Origin: Candidatus Cloacimonadota bacterium
GTDB lineage: Bacteria > Cloacimonadota > Cloacimonadia > Cloacimonadales > TCS61
NCBI GenBank assembly: GCA_030600585.1
Contig: JAUVLU010000002.1
Span: 2,740-66,739, forward strand
Direction of reading: 5' to 3'
DNA length: 64,000 bases
Both the position numbers and the translations under genes were made by a program. Below the pieces are notes generated by a model that did no database searches, had not been told where the DNA came from, and saw only the letters and a list, made by a program, of their open reading frames with translations. Of the stretch, positions 56,123 to 64,000 are shown piece by piece; the stretch's first letter is position 1, and every line of letters starts with the position of its first letter.

Positions 56123-57217
56123 ATGAAAAAAAAGTATTGGATTCTATTTACGGTTATTCTCATTATCATTAATGGTTGTGATATTTTTAATACCAATTTT
56201 GATGATATGGAAGATGCGAGGATGTATGAAGCAAATGTTATAACCGATGCTCCCGATAATCCGGCATCATTGAAGATAATGACCTGGAATATTAAATTTG
56301 GGGGAGCACGCATAGATTTTTTCTTCGATGGATGGGGAAATGAGGTTCTCATGGATGAATCTGTTGTTATCGAGAATACTCAGAATATTGCAGATTATAT
56401 TAATGAAGTCGAACCTGATATTATCTTATTGCAGGAAGTGGATATAGATAGTAAACGCAGTGCTTATGTAGATCAGGTGCAATATTTATTGGATGCAACT
56501 GACCTAAATTACGGTGCTTATGCATCTCAATGGAAAGCAGATTTTGTCCCGAGTGACGGACTTGGAAGAATGAATTCCGGTAATGCTATATTGAGTCGCT
56601 GGGAAATTACCGATGCAGTCAGGATTGCACTTCCGCTAATTGATCAGGACGGATTAACGCAGTATTTTTATCTTCGTCGGAATATTCTGAAAACAAAGAT
56701 CCAAATTGGAGACGAGGAATTACAAGTCCTCAATATCCATGCTTCAGCTTATTCCAAAGATGGAACCAAAAAGGAGCAGATAGATATTTATAAAGGTGAA
56801 CTGGATGATCTTGATTCGGAAGGATTACTTTTTGTGGCAGGAGGCGATTTCAATGCAATTCCACCTAATTCTTTAAATTGGTTAGAAGAGGGCTTCCCTG
56901 ATCGTCCAGATGATTTAGGTGAAGATTACGAAGTTGAGGATTATGATCTCACTGATATGATTGAATTCTATTCTGATTATTATCCCGACCTTCATCCAAG
57001 CGAATATGCTCTTTATGAAGAAGAAGGTGTTTATTTCAGTCCATATTATACTCATTCGATCTACATTGATTTGGATGAAGGAATTGATTGGAATCGAAAA
57101 CTGGATTATTTGTTCACGAATAATCCAACAGGTTGGATTGCAGGCTCAAATGAAACACATCAGGATACAAGGCAGCTTTCCGATCATTGCCCGATAACTG
57201 TGGAATTGGAGTGGTAA
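56123..57217 (+). CDS. Endonuclease/exonuclease/phosphatase (EEP) family lipoprotein
   Basis: 364 aa. Lipobox IINGC, with LKIMTWNIKFG, DIILLQEVD and a C-terminal LSDHCPI. Confidence 0.75.
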   Translation: MKKKYWILFTVILIIINGCDIFNTNFDDMEDARMYEANVITDAPDNPASLKIMTWNIKFGGARIDFFFDGWGNEVLMDESVVIENTQNIADYINEVEPDIILLQEVDIDSKRSAYVDQVQYLLDATDLNYGAYASQWKADFVPSDGLGRMNSGNAILSRWEITDAVRIALPLIDQDGLTQYFYLRRNILKTKIQIGDEELQVLNIHASAYSKDGTKKEQIDIYKGELDDLDSEGLLFVAGGDFNAIPPNSLNWLEEGFPDRPDDLGEDYEVEDYDLTDMIEFYSDYYPDLHPSEYALYEEEGVYFSPYYTHSIYIDLDEGIDWNRKLDYLFTNNPTGWIAGSNETHQDTRQLSDHCPITVELEW

Positions 57218-57218
57218 A

Positions 57219-57986
57219 ATGAAGAAGATAATAACAATATTGATAATTAGTTTTGTAACGTTGTCATTGTCTGCTGAAACTGCAATCTGGTCTAAGGGCA
57301 CTACTCAAACACTACCGCAGGGAAGATGGGAAGTTGGTATTTTCCAACCGCTCAGCTACGGTTTGAATGAAACCACTGAACTTTCAACATACGCACTGGC
57401 AGATCTTGTTATTCCAAACATAACATTGAAAAAATTCTGGAAGAATATGGAAGGCTGGGAATTTGCTTCCAAACATAGTTTGATTTATCCTTCCATTCTT
57501 TTAAATACGATTGCTAAAGAAGGTGCTCTTGGTATTTTACCCGATATTTCAGAAATTCCGCATATATTTGTTTTAAACAACCAGTTTATGCTTTCTTACC
57601 GTTATAATGAATATCTTTATATAATTCCTAAAATCGGATTTTCTGTAGCATTAATCAGTGGTGACAGCGATTTTCCAACTATCGATATGCCGTTCGTTTA
57701 TAACAGAACATCCATTTATCATGAAAATGCAATGTTCAATATCGGGTTGGATGTGAGAGGAAATATCACAGATAAGATTGAATATCTCGTTGATATTGAT
57801 AAATTCATTATGGATAAGGAATATTGCGAATTTTCGTATGAACATAAAGCACTCATTATTTGGAAAATAAATCGCAGATTTGCACTTTCTGGTGGTTATA
57901 AACTCTGCTATTCAGATTATCCTTCAACAATGCAGAGAAGCACGGATATTATTCCGCTGATAGATTTGCAGGTGGGTTTTAAATAA
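57219..57986 (+). CDS. Hypothetical exported protein, possible OM beta-barrel
   Basis: 255 aa. Signal peptide (IITILIISFVTLSLSA) and an alternating hydrophobic pattern. Confidence 0.4.
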   Translation: MKKIITILIISFVTLSLSAETAIWSKGTTQTLPQGRWEVGIFQPLSYGLNETTELSTYALADLVIPNITLKKFWKNMEGWEFASKHSLIYPSILLNTIAKEGALGILPDISEIPHIFVLNNQFMLSYRYNEYLYIIPKIGFSVALISGDSDFPTIDMPFVYNRTSIYHENAMFNIGLDVRGNITDKIEYLVDIDKFIMDKEYCEFSYEHKALIIWKINRRFALSGGYKLCYSDYPSTMQRSTDIIPLIDLQVGFK

Positions 57987-58108
57987 TACCTTGCGAATGG
58001 TGACAAAGCAATTCAGTGATTTTTTCCAACCATTACGGAGGCTTACAGCCATCCGCAAGGTTTAGAGTTACCTTCGGAAAGGTTACTGTAAATCAGCAAT
58101 AAACAATC

Positions 58109-58139
58109 AGCCTTTCAGTGCAAACTGGGAGGCTTTTTT
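58109..58139 (+). terminator. Rho-independent terminator
   Basis: agcctttcag-tgcaaa-ctgggaggct forms a 10-bp stem including two G-U pairs, followed by ttttt. Confidence 0.65.
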
Positions 58140-58466
58140 GTACCTCGTTCACTTCTCCAAGAAAACCGGCGGACTTGTAAGCCTACGGCTTATAAACCTT
58201 GAATGTGTTTGAACGATTGAGGCGATCGTTTTACATATTTTTCTTTTATCCGTGTGTATCCGTGAGCATTTTTTCATCCTGAACAATGGCTACCAATCAG
58301 AGACTATTTTTTAAACCCCCTGTATTCCCCCTTACAAAGGGGGACAAAAATGGCTTAAAACTTTTTCTCCGTTGTTCGTTTGTTCGTTGTTTTCTGCCAA
58401 TTTATTTACAAACTATTTGGCTCAAAATTTGCATAATAATTGTATAAAAAAGCAAAGGATTATATT

Positions 58467-61400
58467 ATGAAAAAAACACTTATTGTTCTATTTATTATTT
58501 TCGCGATTTGTTTAAATGCAAGTATCATCGAAAAAACATATCATTTTGGGAATCATAAAATATCTGAAATAGACGGTTATCAAACAATTGAATTTGAAAA
58601 TGCACAGCAGCAGGCAAAAACAGGTGAGCCGGTTCTTCCATATATTTCAGTTTCACTTTTACTTCCACCTGGCGAAGCTGCGGAATCAATTGAGATCATC
58701 GGAAGTAACGAAAAACAAATTCCCGGAACTTTCCTATTATATCCCAAACAGCGGGTAAGACCCGTTTCAGAGGTAAATTCAAATGAATTTATTCAAGATC
58801 AGACAATATACAATTCATCGGAAGTTTATCCGCAAAAACAAAATGGTGAGCTGATAACACAATTCTTAAGCGGACACTCGATTGCGCTTACAACTATCAC
58901 TCCTGTTAAATATATTCCTGCAAATGGAACACTTTCATATTATGAAGAGGTAAAGATCGTCATTCACACAAGAAGAGATGTTAAAGCACAAAATGCTTTG
59001 AATAATTTACATTCGAGTGAAAATGTGAAAATGAGAGTAATGCGGCTTTCCCAGAATGCGGAAATGCTTGCACGTTATCCTCAAACAAATTCCCGCGAAG
59101 GCGAATATCAATTGCTTATCATCACACCTTCCCAATTTGAAGAGGACTTTGATGAAATACGTGAAGTTTATCTTCAGCAGGGCATGATCTCTGAAGTTAA
59201 AACAGTGGAAGATATTTATTCTTCAATGCCGGGGCAGGATCAGCAAGAGAAGATAAGGAATTACATCATTCAGGAATATCAGGATCATGAGATAGAATAT
59301 GTCTTGCTTGCCGGTGATGTGGAGCATGTGCCTTATCGTGGATTTTATTGCACGGTAGATTCCGGAGGCGGTTATGTAAGTGATGATATCCCTGCTGATC
59401 TTTATTATTCCGCTCTTGATGGAAATTGGAATGATGACGGAGATGGGTATTGGGGCGAGATCGGTGAAGATGATCTGCTTCCTGAAGTTGCAGTTGCCAG
59501 ATTTTCATTCAGCAATATAACTGATCTTAACAATATGCTGAATAAAACAATTTCCTACCAAACTCAACCGGTAACCGGTGAATTACGTGATCCGCTATTG
59601 GCAGGAGAACACCTTTATAGTGCACCACAAACATGGGGAGCAGATTACATGGATCTTCTGATCGGTTTTCACGATGATAACGGTTATGAGACTACAGGAA
59701 TTCCAGAAGATCACGATATTACCACGATGTACGACCGCGATATGGGAAGCTGGTCTGCATCTCAATTGATAGCAGAGATCAACGAAGGACATTCGTTCAT
59801 ACATCATGTTGGGCACGCAAACTATGAATATGCAATGAGACTGAATAATTCCGATATTACAAATGCCAACTTCAATATGGTTAATGGTATCGATCATAAC
59901 TATACATTTGTTTATACGCATGGTTGTAACTGCGGTGGATTTGATTCTAATGATTGTATTGGTGAAAAAATGATAAATATTGGAAATTTTCTGGCAGCTT
60001 TTGTAGGAAATTCACGTTATGGCTGGTTTAACGAAGGGCAGACAGAAGGTCCTTCTGCACACATACATCGTGAATTTACAGATGCGCTTTATACAGATAA
60101 ATATCATCGTATCGGTCGTGCACATATGGAATCTAAAACCGAAACTGCTCCGTGGCTTACAGCTCCGGGACAGCACGAAGAAGGTGCTATCCGCTGGTGT
60201 TTCTACGATTGCAATGTTCTTGGCGGCAGTGCGCTTCCTATTTGGACGGATGAACCTCTTGAGATTATTGCAACATATTCGTCTGTGATCCCTATTGGCT
60301 CTTCTGAATTCACAGTTCAGATACAAAATAATGGAAATCCTGTGGAAAATATGCAGTGTACACTTCTCCAAAATGGAGAATTTATTGGAACTGCTGTAAC
60401 AAATGTTTCGGGAAGTGCTCTTATAACATTTGATTCGAATTCAGTCATAATTGGCGATATAGAATTATATATAAGTGGGTATAATCGTCCGATAGAAATG
60501 CATGAATTGCAAGTTATTCCTCCTAGTAATTTTGTTACTGTCTCAGATTATTCAGTTCACTCGGGAAATGACAATGTTATTGAATTTGGTGAGAATGCTA
60601 TCTTGAGTCTAACCTTAGAAGAAATTGGAAATTCTGGAGATATTCATAATGTTGTTGTGGAAATATCCTCTTCAGATGAATTTATTGTAATCAATGATAA
60701 TACTGAAGATGTTGGAAATATCCCAAGCGGAGGAACAGTTGAGCTATTCGATGCCTTTGATTTTGATGTTGATAATGATATTCCGGATGAGCATCTGATT
60801 GTAATTAATGTTATGATAACATCAGATGAAGGTGTTTGGTATGAGGGAGTTGGTTTGATCGGTTATAATGCTGTATTGGAAATGGTTAGTGTGGAAGTTA
60901 TCGATGGAGATAACAATGTTCTCGATCCGGGAGAAACTGCCGAACTTGCAATTGAAATACATAATTCCGGTGGGGCAGACCTCTATAATTTGATTCCTTC
61001 CATTACTTCTTCAAATCCTGATATTACAATCACAAATTTGCCGGTTCTGTTAGATTCGCTTAATGCCGATAGCTCGGAAAGTATTGTGGTTTGTTCTGTG
61101 GAAGTTAGTGAAGATGCACAATCGGGTGATACAATAGATTTTAATCTTGAAATTACAGCAGATTATGAATTCAGTTTTTCGGAAGAATTTGCAATGGTTG
61201 TCGGGCTCTTAATTGAGGATTTTGAAAGTGGAGATTTCTCGGAATTTGAATGGCAGCAGGGTGGAGACGCAGATTGGACAATTGATAATGAAGTTTATGA
61301 AGGAAACTACTCGGCAAAAACTGGTAGTATTGGGAATAACAGCACAACAAGCCTATCTATTGAGCTTGATGTCTCAGCAAACGGTGAAATAAGTTTTTGG

Positions 61401-61964
61401 AAGAAAGTATCGACTGAATTAAATTATGATTATTTCAAATTCTTTATAGATGGTGATCTGCAAGACGAATGGGCAGGTGAAGTAGATTGGAGTGAATCCA
61501 GTTATACAGTTACTTCCGGTCTTCATACATTTAAATGGGAATATGATAAAGATGGTGCTGTTATCGGTGGTGATGATTGTGCATGGTTAGATTACATTAT
61601 ATTTCCACCAATAGCCGGAGACGTTGCAATCGATGAAAAACTCTTGCCGAATGTATCAAAGCTTATTGGCAATTACCCCAATCCATTCAATCCTGAAACA
61701 ACTATTTATTTTGAAACCACGAATTTGCACGAATTAGCACAAATAGAAATATATAATGTTAAAGGTCAAAAAGTTAGAACTTTGGATATTTTGGAGTGCA
61801 TCAATTGTTTTGATGCAAAAGCGATGGAGTCGCTTTCCCGCTACTCCATATCATGGAACGGTACAGACCAAAACAATCAACCTGTCGCATCAGGAATATA
61901 TTTTTATCAATTAAATGTAGATAATAAAATTATTGCTTCGAAGAAGTGTTTGTTGTTGAAATAA
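58467..61964 (+). CDS. C25 (gingipain-like) cysteine peptidase with T9SS C-terminal sorting domain
   Basis: The ATG at 58467 starts the signal peptide MKKTLIVLFIIFAICLNA. Propeptide-like N-domain, YVLLAGDVEHVPYR, catalytic His in IHHVGHANYEYA, catalytic Cys in YTHGCNCGGFD, and the sorting domain [15 protein letters not shown]...IYNVKGQKVRTL...SGIYFYQLNV. Confidence 0.85.
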   Translation: MKKTLIVLFIIFAICLNASIIEKTYHFGNHKISEIDGYQTIEFENAQQQAKTGEPVLPYISVSLLLPPGEAAESIEIIGSNEKQIPGTFLLYPKQRVRPVSEVNSNEFIQDQTIYNSSEVYPQKQNGELITQFLSGHSIALTTITPVKYIPANGTLSYYEEVKIVIHTRRDVKAQNALNNLHSSENVKMRVMRLSQNAEMLARYPQTNSREGEYQLLIITPSQFEEDFDEIREVYLQQGMISEVKTVEDIYSSMPGQDQQEKIRNYIIQEYQDHEIEYVLLAGDVEHVPYRGFYCTVDSGGGYVSDDIPADLYYSALDGNWNDDGDGYWGEIGEDDLLPEVAVARFSFSNITDLNNMLNKTISYQTQPVTGELRDPLLAGEHLYSAPQTWGADYMDLLIGFHDDNGYETTGIPEDHDITTMYDRDMGSWSASQLIAEINEGHSFIHHVGHANYEYAMRLNNSDITNANFNMVNGIDHNYTFVYTHGCNCGGFDSNDCIGEKMINIGNFLAAFVGNSRYGWFNEGQTEGPSAHIHREFTDALYTDKYHRIGRAHMESKTETAPWLTAPGQHEEGAIRWCFYDCNVLGGSALPIWTDEPLEIIATYSSVIPIGSSEFTVQIQNNGNPVENMQCTLLQNGEFIGTAVTNVSGSALITFDSNSVIIGDIELYISGYNRPIEMHELQVIPPSNFVTVSDYSVHSGNDNVIEFGENAILSLTLEEIGNSGDIHNVVVEISSSDEFIVINDNTEDVGNIPSGGTVELFDAFDFDVDNDIPDEHLIVINVMITSDEGVWYEGVGLIGYNAVLEMVSVEVIDGDNNVLDPGETAELAIEIHNSGGADLYNLIPSITSSNPDITITNLPVLLDSLNADSSESIVVCSVEVSEDAQSGDTIDFNLEITADYEFSFSEEFAMVVGLLIEDFESGDFSEFEWQQGGDADWTIDNEVYEGNYSAKTGSIGNNSTTSLSIELDVSANGEISFWKKVSTELNYDYFKFFIDGDLQDEWAGEVDWSESSYTVTSGLHTFKWEYDKDGAVIGGDDCAWLDYIIFPPIAGDVAIDEKLLPNVSKLIGNYPNPFNPETTIYFETTNLHELAQIEIYNVKGQKVRTLDILECINCFDAKAMESLSRYSISWNGTDQNNQPVASGIYFYQLNVDNKIIASKKCLLLK

Positions 61965-62070
61965 TGTAGCACGTTCACCTTGAACGTGTATGCTGTTGAA
62001 ATAATGTAACACGTTCATTCAGCCAAAAAGACCGGCTGTTAAATCCTGAACGTGTTTGCTGTTGAAATAA
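61946..62070 (+). repeat. Triplicated gene-end motif (gtgt[t/a]tg[t/c]tgttgaaataa) interleaved with acgttca/tgaacgt hairpins
   Basis: Copies lie at 61946-61964 (the real stop of the C25 gene), 61986-62004 and 62052-62070. One hairpin is at 61971-61987, and a longer one spans about 62007-62055. Confidence 0.8.
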
Positions 62071-62220
62071 GGTCAAATGACCATAGGTGAAGGCACATTT
62101 GACCTAAACATTAAATAAACTTTACAATCATAATATAAACAAGTATTTTTTCTATTGAATGGATTATCTGGCTCGTTTTTTGCTACATAATACATTAAGA
62201 AAATATGAAAAGGAATATTA

Positions 62221-64000
62221 ATGAAAAAAAAATTAACACTTTTATTATTAACAACTATTACTATATTAGGTGCGATCGATCTGGATATTTCAGGAAATTC
62301 AATTCAAATCTCAGGAAACTTCGATAGAGTTGAGTTCACAGAGAAAAGCTCACAAAATGATACATTTACACAATTGCATATTAAAGACTGTTATTCATCC
62401 GGAAAGTATGGAGAACCGGAATTACCGATCTACACACAACTTATTCAGCTTCCAAATACAGGTAATTTTGTTTTAGAAAACATTTCATACGATGAAAAGA
62501 TCATCGAACTGGATAAGATGGTTTTACCTACCGGTTTTTTTGATGACTGCAAAATAAATACTGCTGAATATAACAAAGATGAATGGCTCCCTTCGGAAAT
62601 CGTTACAATAAGTGATCCGAATATCATGGGTGCATACCGATTCTCACAGATTGCCGTATCACCTTTGCAATATAATCCGATCCTAAACAAAATTAGAATT
62701 TTTGAAAACATTGAAATACATTTAACTCTGGATGAAACTAATACAAAAAATCCGAAATTAAAACAAAATAATATCAATTCATTTTCCAATATTGCAGAAT
62801 CAATGATTAATGGAAATATAACTGTTCGAAATGAGCAAAATGGACTATATCTTTTTATTATTCAAGACAATATGGCATCTATTTTAGATCCGCTATTACG
62901 TTGGAAAGAGAAACTGGGCTATAAAACCAGAGTTGCAACTTTATCCGAAACCGGTTATACTACAGATGACATTAAAGACTTCATCCAGAATGCTTATGAT
63001 AATTGGGAAATTCCTCCGCAATATGTCGTATTAGTAGGTGATGTAGATGGTTCTATCGTTCTTCCGGCTTTCTATGTAGAAGGTTCTTATATTTATACTC
63101 CATGGGCTGTAAGTGATCATAGTTATTCACTTTTGGAGGGAGACGATTATTTCCCGGATGTATCTGTTGGACGTTTATCTGTTCGCTCACAATTAGAATT
63201 GAATACGATCATCAGTAAAATAATAAATTATGAGAGCAATCCGTTAATTGCAGATAATTGGCAGAATAAAGCTTTAATGCTGAGTTGTGTTGTTGACGGT
63301 TGGCAATATTACTCCGGAAGAGAAACTGTGATGGCTGCTAGGGAAAAGCTGCTGGATTTTGAATTCACGGCTGTAGATACATTTATCACTCCATATCAAA
63401 ATGGAATGAATACAGTAATTAATATGATAAATGGTGGTTATACTTTTTTGAATTACCGTGGATACGGAGGTCCTGAATACTGGTATGGAAATTATGATGA
63501 TGTAATGAATATAAGTGGAATTAATGATTTGAGTAATGGGTTCATGCTGCCGATGGTAACAAGCATTGTATGCGGCGGCGCAGATTTTTCGAGTACTTCC
63601 TACCCTTCCTGTTTTGGAGAAACATGGCTTAAAGCAGGTTCGCCTTCAAATCCTAAAGGGGCTATCGGTTTTATCGGACCAAGTGAACACGATACAAAAA
63701 CATGGTTCAATAATACAATTGATATGGGAATATATCAAGGCATTACCCAGGAAGGAATAACCCGATGCGGCGAAATGATGCTCCGTGGAAAGATGGCAGC
63801 TTACAACAACTATCCATACTGTCATGCTTGGGGAAATGCATCTGTTTCCGACCAATTCTACTTTTATGTTTACATCCTTCTCGGTGATCCCGGATTGCAG
63901 ATTCTTACTGATACTCCGGAAACATTTGATATGACACTCCCAAATGAAATCCCATCAGGTTCAAATTATATCGAGGTTCAAATTGAATCAGATACTGATG
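62221..64000 (+). CDS. Second C25 (gingipain-like) peptidase homolog; 3' end lies outside the window
   Basis: The frame is open from the ATG at 62221 (AAAGGA RBS) to the window end, so the ORF track omits it for lack of a stop. MKKKLTLLLLTTITILGA signal peptide, then QYVVLVGDVDGSIVLPAFY, FLNYRGYGGPEYW, PMVTSIVCGGADF and KGAIGFIGPSEHD align with the gingipain catalytic domain. Confidence 0.8.
   Translation, partial: MKKKLTLLLLTTITILGAIDLDISGNSIQISGNFDRVEFTEKSSQNDTFTQLHIKDCYSSGKYGEPELPIYTQLIQLPNTGNFVLENISYDEKIIELDKMVLPTGFFDDCKINTAEYNKDEWLPSEIVTISDPNIMGAYRFSQIAVSPLQYNPILNKIRIFENIEIHLTLDETNTKNPKLKQNNINSFSNIAESMINGNITVRNEQNGLYLFIIQDNMASILDPLLRWKEKLGYKTRVATLSETGYTTDDIKDFIQNAYDNWEIPPQYVVLVGDVDGSIVLPAFYVEGSYIYTPWAVSDHSYSLLEGDDYFPDVSVGRLSVRSQLELNTIISKIINYESNPLIADNWQNKALMLSCVVDGWQYYSGRETVMAAREKLLDFEFTAVDTFITPYQNGMNTVINMINGGYTFLNYRGYGGPEYWYGNYDDVMNISGINDLSNGFMLPMVTSIVCGGADFSSTSYPSCFGETWLKAGSPSNPKGAIGFIGPSEHDTKTWFNNTIDMGIYQGITQEGITRCGEMMLRGKMAAYNNYPYCHAWGNASVSDQFYFYVYILLGDPGLQILTDTPETFDMTLPNEIPSGSNYIEVQIESDTD

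Noticed and set aside
62270-63855. Four short ORFs (62270-62476 and 63566-63760 plus strand; 62445-62789 and 63646-63855 minus strand)
   Set aside because: All are out of frame with, or antisense to, the open-ended C25 peptidase ORF beginning at 62221, which has strong homology-type motifs.

Overview
AT-rich bacterial chromosomal window. Several genes carry type IX secretion (T9SS) C-terminal sorting domains (NYPNPFNP...IYN(I/V)KGQKV...SGIY), and there are C25 gingipain-like peptidases and a NuoE/NuoF flavoprotein complex. By inference this fits an anaerobic FCB-group or Cloacimonadota-like organism. Layout: (i) 1-3.1 kb holds an ABC permease 3' end, a perfect 26-bp tandem array, thiN and a TPR protein. 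(ii) 3.5-12.2 kb is a conserved minus-strand housekeeping block, folD-ymdB-rny-[candidate 6S RNA]-zapA-coiled coil-pheT-pheS-rplT-rpmI-infC. infC starts at AUU, which the ORF track misses. (iii) 12.5-15.3 kb is an accessory cassette: two tandemly duplicated secreted Cys-peptides, then a polytopic membrane protein and a PAS/HD-GYP protein that overlap in the -1 frame at a T6 run. (iv) 17.6-23.3 kb encodes NuoE-like, NuoF-like and a 1142-aa 2Fe-2S/GltD/NuoG-like/MopB-like fusion, a candidate Bfu/Stn-type transhydrogenase, flanked by more HD-GYP genes. (v) 30.0-33.8 kb is the most unusual region. It contains hairpin-module mosaic DNA, a tyrosine-recombinase C-terminal remnant, a structured leader, and a very AT-rich 637-aa reverse transcriptase with a C-terminal Rx6H HEPN motif (AbiA-like). 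An ORF-less group II intron ribozyme with a clear domain V starts 13 nt after the RT stop. (vi) 33.8-40 kb holds two modular beta-helix T9SS cargo proteins. (vii) 40-58 kb mixes housekeeping and secreted proteins, including an exported caspase-like C14 protein with a DUF4384 partner. (viii) 58.4-64 kb has two tandem C25 peptidases; the second carries Tyr in place of the catalytic His. Many intergenic regions are built from short hairpin modules that recur, invert and covary. No rRNA, tRNA or CRISPR array was seen.
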